This document shows positions 1 through 12,689 of a stretch of DNA of 64,000 nt, piece by piece. This DNA comes from Octopus vulgaris (taxonomy: Eukaryota). Location of the stretch: assembly GCA_951406725.2 (NCBI GenBank), contig OX597824.1, forward strand, positions 97,092,001 through 97,156,000. The letters run 5' to 3'. Numbering within the stretch: the stretch's first letter is position 1; each line of letters opens with the position of its first letter. The position numbers and the translations under genes were made by a program. The notes under the pieces were generated by a model, which saw only the letters and a list, made by a program, of their open reading frames with translations, had not been told where the DNA came from and did no database searches.

Positions 1-165
1 AAACGGCTGTTCGTAACTCTGTATACATTTGGTAATGTTGAACTTCAAATATCTATCTGATAGAATCTACTCAATGTGTATTTCGAAGGATCTTTTCTTC
101 ATATGAATAGGAATCCTGCCAACAGGTTGTGTTGAACATCCTGTTGGTGAGATAGTCCCAATAGA

Positions 166-239
166 TTTTCTTCTTCTTCTTCTTCTTCTTCTTCTTCTTC
201 TTCTTCTTCTTCTTCTTCTTCTTCTTCTTCTTCTTCTTC

Positions 240-277
<38 letters not shown>

Positions 278-342
278 TGTAATCGTCGTCGTCATCGTCA
301 TCGTCGTCGTGGTCGTGGTCGTCGTCATCATCATCATCATTA

Positions 343-376
<34 letters not shown>

Positions 377-420
377 GGTGGTGGTGGTGGTCATCATCAT
401 CATCATCATCATCATCATAA

Positions 421-454
<34 letters not shown>

Positions 455-471
455 GGTGGTGGTGGTGGTGG

Positions 472-531
<60 letters not shown>

Positions 532-565
532 TGGTCGTCGTTGTCGTCATCAGCATCGTCGTCAC
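166..565. repeat. Compound trinucleotide microsatellite (TTC)n/(TCA)n/(TCG)n/(TGG)n
   Basis: Direct reading. It explains the poly-D/E/H/M ORFs at 71-593. Confidence 0.95.
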
Positions 566-752
566 CTTCCTGCTCCACCTCATCGACGGTTGAATATCAA
601 TCGAAAAAAATGGGACGGTTGCGCAAGAATTTTCGGGTTTGCGTAATGTTTTATGATAGGTTGAGGAATGTTCTTTGGATTGGTAGTAAATAACTATTGG
701 AACACTTGCGTAGTGATGTTTTTAGCTATCCATCGTTTTTGCCTACTATCTC

Positions 753-838
<86 letters not shown>

Positions 839-1305
839 GTATGTATTTATACAGTGTTTGACTACAGATGCAGACGATAACCGCATTTCTCTACAATTAA
901 CAGTCTGTTTGTATAATCAATTGCAATCACGTGACAATTGACTCTCAAATTGGAATTGCAATTCAGACCATAAAAGAAGTGCAACAGAGACGGCACGGCA
1001 TCATGCCCGACATTGCAGCATTTACAGTCAGTGCACGACTACTTTATTTAACACTGGTCCTTTTTTTTTACTCATTTGTACCTTATTTATCGAACCGAAA
1101 CGATGAAATGGAATCTTAGCCAACGTGAGTTTCGAACGCAGGGAGCCGGAACCAATGAGTTACATCAATTGCTGGATGCTCAACCGATTATGCTGATTCA
1201 GTACCTTTGTGTATGTGTGCATGTATGCATGTATGTATGTAAGTATGAATGTATGTATGTATGTGTATATAAGTCTATATGTGTGTACTTATATGCATGT
1301 ATACA

Positions 1306-1357
<52 letters not shown>

Positions 1358-1437
1358 GTGTGCATGTACATATACGCACACACATATCACATAAATTGAA
1401 GCACACACACACCAAAAACGCACATGCGCACACACAT

Positions 1438-1468
<31 letters not shown>

Positions 1469-1566
1469 CATACACACACATTAAGAGAGAGAGAGAGACA
1501 GAGAGAGAAGTAATGAGAGGCATTACTATTCTCGATAAAGTTGATGTGGTCTGAGGATTACTGTGG

Positions 1567-1648
<82 letters not shown>

Positions 1649-2145
1649 GTAGTGCTACTGCTGCTGCTGCGGCTGCTGCTGCTTGCTGCTGTAGCTGTTG
1701 GTGCTGTTGGTGCTGCTGCTGCTGCTGCCCCGTAGTGGCGTGAAATTTGATTGAAAGGTATGTCAGCCGCATAAAGTAGGGCTGCAGCGTCGGAGAGCCG
1801 GAGCTGAGCGTCGTTTGATAAGCAATGTGTTCAGAGAAGCATGTGGAAGCGTTGGCTGCTCGCACTGGCTTGAAGGGAGTGGTTATGGGTGGTTGGATGG
1901 TTTGATGGTTGGATGGTTGCGGCCTTGGTGGTTTAAAAGTGCTGTAGTGCTGGTGGTGGTGGTGGTGGCGGTGGCGGTGGGTGGTGGGTGGGTGGGTGGT
2001 CGATTGGGTGTGCGGACTGTGAGGCGGTGAAAGCTTTCAGCAAATGAACCGTTTCTGTGTTACATAAAAATGAATAAAGTGAATGAATTTATATGGGGAA
2101 TAAGAGCAAAGAGAACGAGTAGACAGTCAGTCGGTCAGATATAGA

Positions 2146-2188
<43 letters not shown>

Positions 2189-2309
2189 CACTAGAAGTGT
2201 GTTTATATATACACACATATATATATATATATATATTAATAAATAAAATAAAACATATGCATATATATAAACATATATGTACGTACCTACCTCTACATGT
2301 ACATATACA

Positions 2310-2345
<36 letters not shown>

Positions 2346-2569
2346 TATATATATATATATATATGCATATATAAATGTATATATATATATATATAAAGAG
2401 AGAGACATGAATGTATGTATATGCGTATATATTTGTATTTATGCGCATGTATCAGTAGATAGCTAGGCAGGTAGGTACGTTTGTAAATTGACAGACAGAT
2501 ACGCACACACAAAAGCACACACACACACACACAAAAGCACACACACACACATTCACGCACACACACACA

Positions 2570-2605
<36 letters not shown>

Positions 2606-3177
2606 TGGAGAAACATTGTATATGTGCGTGATTCGAGAGAGATAAGTGGATAGGTAGATAGATTGATGGGTAGGCAGAGAGATAGGTAAGCACAAATGCG
2701 GTTATTAATAAATGTAATTATTTAAGAGGAAAAGAAGAAAAGAAATTGAGAAGGTAACAAACATACCAACAACAACAACAAGAACAACAACGAGTAAAAC
2801 AACAAAAAATGAAAAATAAAATGAGAAAGAAAAGAAAGAAGGAAAGGTGGTTATGTGTAATATAATCGATGAAAATCGTTGTGGAAATACATCATATAAT
2901 CGATAGAATTCTTTGTGGAAATTAGAACGGCTTAGCATCACTTAGTGTGGTCGATAGAAATATATTTTAACACTCTTTGAGTAGTTTGTTCTGTAAACAA
3001 TTCCATTCTCCTCCAGCAACCATTCTACAAACTTTTACAGGTGTCAAACAAGGAACGATCTTATCATCGCCCTCTTTCCGCCAATTCTTTGACTTCAACC
3101 CACCGGACACAACCAGAGTTCTTGTATATTGGTTAAGGAATGCATCTGTCGCTACGCTCGCAAGACGGTAAACTCTG

Positions 3178-3411
3178 GGCGGCGAGCTGGCAGAAGCGTT
3201 AGCACGCCGGGCGAAATGCTTAGCCGTATTTCGACTGCCGTTACGTTCTGAGTTCAAATTCCGCCGAGGTCGACTTTGCCTTTCATCCTTTCGGGGGTCG
3301 ATAAATTAAGTACCAGTTACGAACTGGGGTCGATGTAATCGACTTAAACCGTTTGTCTGTCCTTGTTTGTCCTCTCTGTGTTTAGCCCCTTGTGGGTGGT
3401 AAAGAAATAGA
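3178..3411 (+). mobile_element. tRNA-derived SINE with Meta-like central domain; full length, with target-site duplication
   Basis: A-box-like TGGCAGAAGCG, B-box GAGTTCAAATTCC and core GCCTTTCATCCTTTCGGGGGTCGATAAATTAAGTACCAG. Flanked by a 9-bp direct repeat TAAACTCTG (3169-3177, 3412-3420). Several more copies occur in the window. Confidence 0.9.
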
Positions 3412-3871
3412 TAAACTCTGTTACCACTGAAGACACCGGAAGACGGGAATGTGTTCGAAGTTGTCTCCCCGTCAATGAAAAAATAAATAAATAAATATTA
3501 TAGTCATTGATGATTGTATTTCTTCCTCAATGCATAAATATTTGCAATTAATCTAATGATTCTGCCTACATTAACCATTAGCACTAAACTACCAATATCT
3601 TTCTCTCCCTGTCTGTTTGTCTTTCTGTCTTCCTGTCCGCCTTAACATTTATTGCTAAGTTAACAATTAACGCTCCCTACGTCAAATATATTAATTCTAA
3701 CTCACACGTTTGTCTATCTATTAGCTCGTCTCTGAACCTAATTATCTCTTGTTATCTTATCAATGCTCGCCGCATCAAATATATCAACACTGACCTCTCA
3801 GTTTCCCTCTATCTCGCCGCATCATTATTTCTCCTTAACGTTTCTCTTACATTAAACACGCTAACACTAAT

Positions 3872-3900
3872 ATGTCTGTTTTGTCTGTCTGTCTGTCTGT

Positions 3901-3941
<41 letters not shown>

Positions 3942-3981
3942 TTTGTCTGTCTGTCTGTTTTGTCTGTCTGTCTGTCTGTCA

Positions 3982-4026
<45 letters not shown>

Positions 4027-4027
4027 C

Positions 4028-4089
<62 letters not shown>

Positions 4090-4151
4090 GTCTGTCTGTC
4101 TGTGTGTCTGTCTGTGTGTCTGTCTGTGTGTCTGTCTGTGTGTCTGTCTGT

Positions 4152-4213
<62 letters not shown>

Positions 4214-4258
4214 GTCTGTCTGTCCGTCCGTCTGTTCGTGCATCTGTCTGTCTGTCTA
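3872..4258. repeat. (TCTG)n/(TCTA)n tetranucleotide array
   Basis: Direct reading. Confidence 0.95.
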
Positions 4259-4489
4259 CCAAATAACAATAGCAGCTATTCAACAAATTTCATTTTGGTA
4301 GTTATGGGAGCAACTGTCTTCGAAGACTTATATTGTCGTTGATTGTTCGAAATGGGGAGTAGATAGACAATCGACAACTGATGAAGGGGCATTCTTTGTA
4401 TCACTTATGCGTTTTGTTTTTCTCTCATTATTTGCGTATTTAATTAATTTGTTTTCGTATTTCATGTTCTTTACTGTTGGTGACGTCCT

Positions 4490-4698
4490 CGCCATGTTGA
4501 TTCGCTAGCTTCTGCACGCATTTTTTTTCTCTCCTTGTTTCTCTCCATGTTTCTTTTCTGTGTATCTTTCTGTTGAAGAGCGTAGGCTCGAAACGTAAAA
4601 GACTTGTTTTATTTATATTCCTGAGCGCCATACTGATACAATTGTTTGTTTGTACTCCACCTGCCTTCGTCTTTTGTTTATTTTCATAAAGCTTCCCG

Positions 4699-4700
<2 letters not shown>
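4490..4700 (+). mobile_element. Short non-autonomous PLE-like element with hammerhead motif, ending in (TA)n
   Basis: Near-identical copy at 37542-37750 and a partial inverted relative at 36888-37020. It contains an HHR fold, and the 3' end AAGCTTCCCGT abuts (TA)n in both full copies. Confidence 0.75.
4565..4602 (+). ncRNA. Minimal type-I hammerhead ribozyme motif, U6 variant
   Basis: TCTTT-CTGTTGA-A-GAGC(GTAG)GCTC-GAAA-CG-TA-AAAGA. Stem I is TCTTT/AAAGA, stem II is GAGC/GCTC, stem III is the palindrome ACGT, and the predicted cleavage triplet is GUA. Confidence 0.65.
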
Positions 4701-4762
<62 letters not shown>

Positions 4763-4894
4763 GTATATATATATATGTATATGTATATATATACACACAC
4801 ATATATTTATATATACACACATACATATATTATATATATATAAATATATATATATATGTATATATGTGTGTGCGTATGTGTGTATGGTGTGCGT

Positions 4895-5125
4895 GCGTGT
4901 GTGTGTGTGTTCCATTTGTTCTCCATTACCGCTTGACTACCGGTGTTGGTTTGTTTACATCCCTGTAACTTAGCGGTTAGACAAAAATAAAAAAAGAACC
5001 GATAGAATAAGAGTTGGCTAAGAATATAAACTGTGGGTTCAATTTCTTTTTCACTTGACCATTGAAGGCGGTGCTCCAGCATGGCCGACGTCCAATGACA
5101 GAAACGAGTAAAAGATAAAATATAA
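4895..5125 (+). mobile_element. 3' half of CORE-like SINE (family of 63017-63426)
   Basis: CTTAGCGGTT...ACCGATAGAATAAG...GGCGGTGCTCCAGCATGGCC...TGACAGAAACGAGTAAAAG matches the full copy. Confidence 0.8.
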
Positions 5126-5639
5126 AGAGCAAGCGAGCACACGGAGGCTCCACCGTTATATCTGATTTGCTTCCGATTGTGAATCTAAAACGTGGTTTAC
5201 TTACTCTAAGCTGATAGCATTTTCATTCTAATCTATGCGAGCCATCTGACCGAGAAAGACGCCATCACCTACGTCATGTACCGCCATATCTATGTGTGCT
5301 GCAAGATCGATTATTTTTCAAACTGTTCAAACTTTTTCAAGCTTTACATATTTGTGTTTCCCTCATAATCATCCTATGAATAAGGCCCACTTTAGACCGA
5401 ATTATGAAGCATAACAAATAGTATTTCTCAAAACAGTGTTTTGTAAACAGCTGAACATTCGTCTAGTATATATTTTACGAGCACAATTTCACTAATACAT
5501 GCACGCACACTCATAAATCCATCCATTGATCCATCCATTAATCCATCCATCCATCCATCCATCCATCCATCCATCCATACATCCATCCATCCATACAGGA
5601 AATCTGTAAGCGAGACTCGCAGCATCTCCACCAATGACT

Positions 5640-6845
5640 GAAGTGTTTCTCCTATATTTGATATAGGGGTATATGACAACTTCTTTTACGATGGCACCTG
5701 TAACATGAAACGCCTTACTGAAGAGTATACCAGCCGGATAGGGAAAACTGGGACTTCGGGACCCTCTGCTTTCAAAAAAACGTTGGCCCACAATGTGTTT
5801 GCCGTGCCAGTGTTCATATCATCGTTTGGGCTTGATTTGACGCTTGATGAGATCCGAGCCATTGATGTGGAAAACCGGAAGATACTGACCGGCAGGAATA
5901 ATTTTCGCGTCAACAGCAACGGAGACCGCTTCTGTCTAAAACGGAAGCAAATAGGCAGAGGCTTAACATCTATCCAAACTGCCTTTGAATCTCACATCAT
6001 ATCCCTCCTGCAACATCTTTTAGCTACCAAGTGTCGAAGTACATCCCTTAACTATGTTTCAATACACGAGGCAGATAACATCGTGAGATTTGGAAAGCAG
6101 CTCCTCGTGCACCATTCCTTGTCTGATAACCAAAGACGTTGCACGACTGTTGCAGCATATCATCAAATGAAAGGATGAGCGCTTATCAGCAGAAAACCAT
6201 ACACGGATATGTTAGCAGAAAGCTCCGAGTGACAGTTACATTGATAATTAAAGTAGTCTATCATGGACCAACAACCGGATCAATAATTCTGGCTTTGAAA
6301 GGTATGCGTTTGTGATGGAGGAACGGGAAATAGCAAGCGGGAGAAAGACGCAAGGAAAATACCAAGAAATGATAACTAATGCTTCACCTCGTGCAGCGGA
6401 CACCGAAAGTATCATCAACATCATAAACTGATGACTGAAAATACGATCGGGTTGTTAGCTACCGATAAGATATGATGTTGTAGCCAAGACACCGTATAAT
6501 GAAATCTGTCGGAAGGATAATCCTGAAGCCAAAGAGATAAGAACCCACTGTGTGGTAAAGGTCATAACCACTCATAATATGAAAACGCACTGATGGAATG
6601 TTCCAGTGAAATCCTTTATAAAATGTCAACAGAATAGACTAGAGATGGTGATTTTGGACAGAGAAGGAAAACTATGAAGCGGAGAGGAAATCAGATGCCC
6701 AGAGGATATCAACAGAAAGTTAAAGGTCAGCGAGAAAGAAAATACTGTTGAGACATTGACAGCTGTTCTACCCGGATTGCAAGTTCAGATTTATTGGTGC
6801 GTGACGATATCTAACAAATGGCCTCAGCACCAATCTTGAAATATA
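5640..6845 (+). mobile_element. Decayed R4/Dong-like (restriction-like endonuclease) non-LTR retrotransposon, 3' part
   Basis: ORF 5705-6178 has R4-clade post-RT motifs ([36 protein letters not shown], compare DRLY..R..GGRGL). The downstream frames are disrupted. Confidence 0.8.
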
Positions 6846-6855
6846 ACCGAATGAA

Positions 6856-6897
<42 letters not shown>

Positions 6898-7114
6898 TTA
6901 TATATATATACAAACATATACGCACGAGCACGCGTGCCTATCGTGGTTTCCTTTCCTGGACGTGGTGGTGCTTCGTGTTTTTTGAGTAAAACACTTCTTT
7001 TTCACGTTGTTATGCGATAAATTTGACATCTGACGCGTGGCACACATTGCACCACTTTAGGCTATGTCAATTTACATAAATATAAGGGATAAGGGCCCCT
7101 TTTCCATCACCTAT

Positions 7115-7390
7115 GATTATGAGATTGCACCAGGGTAAGGATGTTTGTGGAGGGCCAGCAGTCACCCATGCATACAAGTCTCACCCTTTCCACGCTCCTG
7201 AAGTTGTCTAAGGGACAGGCAGAGACATCTTGGTACCAGTGACCCCACAATTCATTTCTACAGATGAGTGAACTGGAGCAACATGAAATAAAGTGTCTTG
7301 CTCAAGAACAACACACAGCCCGGCCCGGGAATTGAACTCTCTATCTCATGATTGTAACTTCGATGCTCTAACTACAGAGCCACGCGCCTT
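7115..7390 (-). mobile_element. tRNA-derived CORE-like SINE
   Basis: Minus strand begins AAGGCGCGTGGCTCTGTAGTTAGAGCATCG, with B-box GAGTTCAATTCCC and core TTGAGCAAGACACTTTATTTCA. Confidence 0.8.
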
Positions 7391-7748
7391 ATGTGTGCGT
7401 GTGTGAATGCATGTGTGAGTGTGTCTTGTCTTGCAGCCCCAGGGCTTTTTCCTTTTGTTGTATATGTATCGTTATCATTATTAATCGTTGTCTTCGTCTG
7501 ATCCTAAGCCTTTACTCTGTTTATTGTTTTGTGCCTTGTCCGTCCCCTGACGGTCTCATCTCCAGACCGTCTCCTTTTCTTATGTTTTGCTCCCATGTTA
7601 CTCTTTATTCACATGAAGATAATGTTTTTTTTTTAATTTTGTTTTGTTTACATGATGTGACGGGTCTGTTCATCAATAAAGAACACGCCTGAAACAGCTG
7701 TAGAGAACCGCAACATATCTATGTTATTGTTTATATACGACCACTCCC

Positions 7749-7818
<70 letters not shown>

Positions 7819-8062
7819 CGTATATATATATGTGTGCGTGTGGCGTGAAAGTGTTTGCCTAAGGTTTATTCGGCTGATCTCATTAACGCCACCACATCCC
7901 GTTGCTGTTGGCTATAAGTCTTGATGCGATTTGCTGCACGTACCTCGTAAGACGGAGGAAAGCTGAAATTGTATCACTCTCGAAGATTTAATAATGGCGC
8001 TCGACAAAAACACGTTGTGATTACTTTTACTTTCGTTCGTTCACACCAAATTCCTGGAGACA

Positions 8063-8115
<53 letters not shown>

Positions 8116-8292
8116 AGAGATAGAAGAGCTGGATAGAAGGAGAAAGATAGAGGGAGAGAGGGTGAAAGGGAGAGAGGACATGGAGAAAAAGAGAGGAGAG
8201 AAGACTATATATATGGCAAAAGTATATATCAATTTACTATTGTATATAAAATAATTTGATAAATAGAAAGATTGTATGTGTGTGTGTGTGAC

Positions 8293-8342
<50 letters not shown>

Positions 8343-8435
8343 TTGGGAGAGATAGAGGAGGATAAAAATATCTGAGATTCTGTACCATTCTATTTATATA
8401 CTGTTGTGTATATGGGCTCTCTCTCTCTCTCCCTT

Positions 8436-8484
<49 letters not shown>

Positions 8485-8693
8485 CTATCTATTTATCTGT
8501 CTATCTAATCCATTCACCTCTCTATCTCTCAGTTTCTATCTGTTGAAATTCATTTATCTTCTCTCCTTGTATATGTGTATGTGTATATATGTATATCATA
8601 TACATACACACACACACAAACATACATGTACATATGCCCACATACGCATATATATAAATATATATATATAGATAGATATATGCATATACATAT

Positions 8694-8772
<79 letters not shown>

Positions 8773-8779
8773 TATGTAC

Positions 8780-8810
<31 letters not shown>

Positions 8811-8813
8811 CAT

Positions 8814-8886
<73 letters not shown>

Positions 8887-9789
8887 TAAAACAACGCGTC
8901 AGAAAGATATTGTGAGCGGATAAATTGGAGAGCAGGGAGGAAGGGGAAGGTGGGAGAGATGGGGGAGAGAGGGAGACAGAGATATATTTGGGTGTATTCG
9001 GCATAAACACGGCATAAATTATCAAAGTTGTATCTTGTCTCTTAGTGTTATCATTTGATAAGCACGTGAGAGCTGGGTCATATAATTGTAAACAGTCGTT
9101 GTCAGTGGCAACGACCGATGGTAATCGATAGATGTGGTCACTGGTCAGCTAAAGTTGAAGCAACAATGAGAAAGAGGCTTTATGTGGTCGGTCATCTTGC
9201 CCGAAATAGCTGCCAAATCACCCACCTTACGAGTAATCAGCGTTAGTTTCTTACAAGGATTTATGGGAGAATTAGACATACACAGACAAGTGATGTAGCG
9301 GTGTTCATGAGGATGCAACGGAAATTGAACAACATCGTTATCACCACCACCACCACCACCATCATCCGGTGCTTCTCCTCGTCCTCCTCATCGTCATCGT
9401 CGTCGTCATCATCATCATCATCACCATCATCACCACGACCACCACCACAACCACCACCATCATCATCGTCGTCATCATCATCATCATCATCATTATCACC
9501 ATCACCCCCACCCCCACCACAACCACCACCACCACCACCACCACCACCACCACCACCACCACCACCACCACCACCACCTCCTCCTCCTCCTCCTCCTCCT
9601 CCTCATCATCATCATCATCACCCCAATAGAAACCATGAAATAAACTGTCGAAATCTATTTGCTTGCCTTCTTCTCTGCACCATTAACATTGTCGTGTTAG
9701 AATGATGTGGTTGTACTTCAGAATATATCTACAGATTCCAGTAAGCACCATATATGGACTGAGATGAAATCTTGTCTTTAGTGGACAGT

Positions 9790-10108
9790 GAAGGTGCGTG
9801 GCTTACTGCTTAAGTGCATTCGACTCACGATCGCAAAGATGTGAGTTCGATTTCCGGCATAGCGTTGTGTCCCTGAGCAAAACACATCATTTCACATTGT
9901 CTCAGTCCACTCAGCTGCCACAAATGAGTTGGAAGTGTAATCCAAAGGGCCGACTTTGTCGCATTCTGTGTCACGCTGAATCTCCCTAGGAACTATGTGA
10001 ATGGTACGTGTGTCTGTGGAGTACTCAGCCACTTGCATGTGAATTTCACGTGCAGGTTGTTCCGTTGATTTCATCAACTGCAATGCTCATCGTCGTCACC
10101 GACAGAGG
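9790..10108 (+). mobile_element. tRNA-derived CORE-like SINE
   Basis: GAAGGTGCGTGGCTT head, B-box GAGTTCGATTTCC and core CCTGAGCAAAACACATCATTTCAC. Confidence 0.8.
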
Positions 10109-10569
10109 GCCAGCTTTTTATAGTCGGGCAGAGAAGAGCGATCAGCTGAACAAGTTGGGACCAAGCAGCCTTATTAATCTTATGAGCGACAAAAATGTTC
10201 TGATAAACTGTCAGCGAGTATTCCACTTACAACAAATCCAGCATTGCTAATGGCTTACGTAAATCGGATTAAAGCTTGTTGAGTTCTGTAGAGTGGATTA
10301 TGTAGAGTGGGTTTCTTTGTCGATTTTGAACGAAATTTGTTGGATTCGATTTCTGTGGATAAGGGATTCAATGTTGTGCGGTGTCGATGGCCATGGGTGG
10401 TCGATTTTGGATTTAGGATCAGGATTGCTGGTCAATGTGTAGATAGTGTGTTGTGCATGTAGTGGTTTGGCATGTGGATTATGTTTATGGATTACAGATG
10501 GTCATGTGGGGCCTGTTATGAATTTTAACCGGACGATTTTATGTTGTAGGAGTTATGTTTTATGAAATG

Positions 10570-10755
10570 ACGGTTTCAAATTTTGCCACAAGGCCAGCAA
10601 TTTCGCGGGCGGAGTAAATCGATTACATCGACCCCCGTTTTTCAACTGATACTTACTTTATTGATTCCAAAAGGATGAAAAGTTAAGTCGACTTGGGTGG
10701 CATTTGAACCTGAGAACGTAAAAGCAGACGAAATGCCGTTAAACGATTGCGCCAT
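10570..10755 (-). mobile_element. Meta-like SINE, diverged
   Basis: Reverse-complement similarity to 3178-3411 and 21085-21285. Confidence 0.75.
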
Positions 10756-11684
10756 GATGATGCCTGTTGATGTTCTTTACTTCCGGTTGAACTTTGGGAG
10801 CGAAATTTATAAAAAGGGTTGCTTCAGAAATTACAGCCCCTTATTTCAGACCTCATCAACATCACCCTTACCAGCACCGACACCAGCACCAGCGTCAGCC
10901 GTTCAAGAATATGGACCTGGAGATCTTCATTTCCAGCGACTTCGAGGGCCACCACTCAGTGGTGTCGGGCGTCAACGAAGAGCCCTCGACTACAACAAGA
11001 CGACCGAATTTTTTTTTTGCTTCCAAGGTCTGGGGTCTCCCGCCCCTAAGCCCTCGACCATCGCCTAATCACCCTTACCCGTCTTGTTGCTTAACAACAA
11101 CAACAACAACAACACCAGCACCAGCATCAGCATCACCATCATACTCGTGATCGTCATCGTTATCCTCATCCTCAACCATCAATCGTCATCATCAGAGACT
11201 ACAAGAGAAACAAGACAACCCTCCGCAGGCTCACAATCGCCAAACCTACAAGTAACGCGGTCGCTGCCACCACCACCACCGCCACCACCACCGCCACCAC
11301 CACCGCCACCACCACCGCCACCACCACCGCCACCGTCGCCTCCACCACCAGTTCTAACATAAAACCAACGTCAACAACATCGCAAACAACACAAACAAGG
11401 TACGGTCGTGCGTTCGTTGCTGAACGCAATGGACGACATCTGATAGAGATACCGCAGTGTAGTGGTGGTCGTGGTTAAGGAACGCTTGATTGCTACACAT
11501 ACATATATACATATACATATGTGCTCGCACGCACACACACACGCACATGTACATGTATGCAATTATATACATACGTACATACATACATATTTATATATAC
11601 ATACATACATACATATATATATATCCATACATATGGTTGCGTGCGTATGCATATATCTATATCTATCTATATAGATATATATAT

Positions 11685-12014
11685 TACGGAGATGTACTCG
11701 CATAGCAAGTAATTTGATCTGAGATCGTGTGCTGAAACGAAAACAATTGCAGCGTGGAAGGTGTTTATAAGCCATTTAAGAAACACACAAAAGCCGTTCG
11801 ATTCACTCCAACATTTAAGTTTAATTTGTCAAAATATTTTCGTCGCTAAAATCCGCGACCTGTTCACTGACAGAGATGCAGCACGGACTTTGTCAGTGAA
11901 CAGGTCGCGGATTTTAGCGACGAAAATATTTTGACAAATTAAATTTAAATGTTGGAGTGAATCGAACGGCTTTTGTGTGTTTCTTAAATGGCTTACAAAC
12001 ACCTTCCTGCAATT

Positions 12015-12018
<4 letters not shown>
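11685..12018. mobile_element. Fold-back (palindromic) hammerhead-bearing element, copy 1
   Basis: Roughly 130-bp near-perfect inverted arms (11741-11875 and 11888-12018) around a spacer of about 12 nt, with a unique extension at 11685-11740. Flanked by (TA)n. Confidence 0.9.
11889..11938 (+). ncRNA. Minimal type-I hammerhead ribozyme motif, G3:C8 variant
   Basis: TTTGTCA-GTGAACA-G-GTCGC(GGATTTTA)GCGAC-GAAA-ATAT-TT-TGACAAA. It has a 7-bp stem I, a 5-bp stem II and a palindromic AATATT stem III. It is mirrored on the minus strand at about 11825-11874. Confidence 0.75.
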
Positions 12019-12086
<68 letters not shown>

Positions 12087-12091
<5 letters not shown>

Positions 12092-12361
12092 TGCAGCGTG
12101 GAAGGTGTTTATAAGCCATTCAAGAAACACACAAAAGCCGTTTGATTCACTTCAACATTTAAGTTTAATTTGACAAAATATTTTCGTCGCTAAAATCCGC
12201 GCCCTGTTCACTGACAGAGATGCAGCACGGACTTTGTCAGTGAACAGGTCGCGGATTTTAGCGACGAAAATATTTTGACAAATTAAACTTAAATGTTGGA
12301 GTGAATCGAACGGCTTTTGTGTGTTTCTTAAATGGCTTATAAACACCTTCCACGCTGCAAT
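12087..12361. mobile_element. Fold-back hammerhead-bearing element, copy 2 (tandem)
   Basis: Near-identical repeat of 11743-12014, separated from it by (TA)n. Confidence 0.9.
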
Positions 12362-12418
12362 AGATATATATATTTCTATATATAAGTATATATATATATA
12401 AGTATATATATATATATG

Positions 12419-12450
<32 letters not shown>

Positions 12451-12503
12451 TACATATATAAGTATATATATGTATATATATGTATATATCAGTTCCATTC
12501 TAG

Positions 12504-12553
12504 CAAAAACTGTCTGATGAACGGCAACGAGAAACTCAGAGTAACAGATTTTG
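12504..12553 (+). ncRNA. Type-I hammerhead ribozyme motif (canonical core) within a ~160-bp element in (TA)n
   Basis: CAAAAACTGT-CTGATGA-ACGGCAACGA-GAA-ACTC-A-GAGT-A-ACAGATTTTG. Stem I is CTGT/ACAG plus CAAAA/TTTTG, stem III is ACTC/GAGT, and the triplet is GUA. Stem II is weak (2 bp plus a GCAA loop). Confidence 0.7.
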
Positions 12554-12649
12554 TTGAATTTTCTGCTGCTTAAAATAAAGCATATTACTCTACCCCTGGT
12601 ATTTGAGTACTCTTTTTTCCACCTTGTTTCACATTTATGTGTTTACTCC

Positions 12650-12689
<40 letters not shown>

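Noticed and set aside
71-593. Acidic poly-D/E/H ORF (99-578) and overlapping ORFs
   Set aside because: Pure trinucleotide microsatellite, open in several frames, with no domain.
11741-12361. CRISPR-like or bacterial repeat array
   Set aside because: Only two long palindromic units without unique spacers, in a eukaryotic context, and no cas genes.
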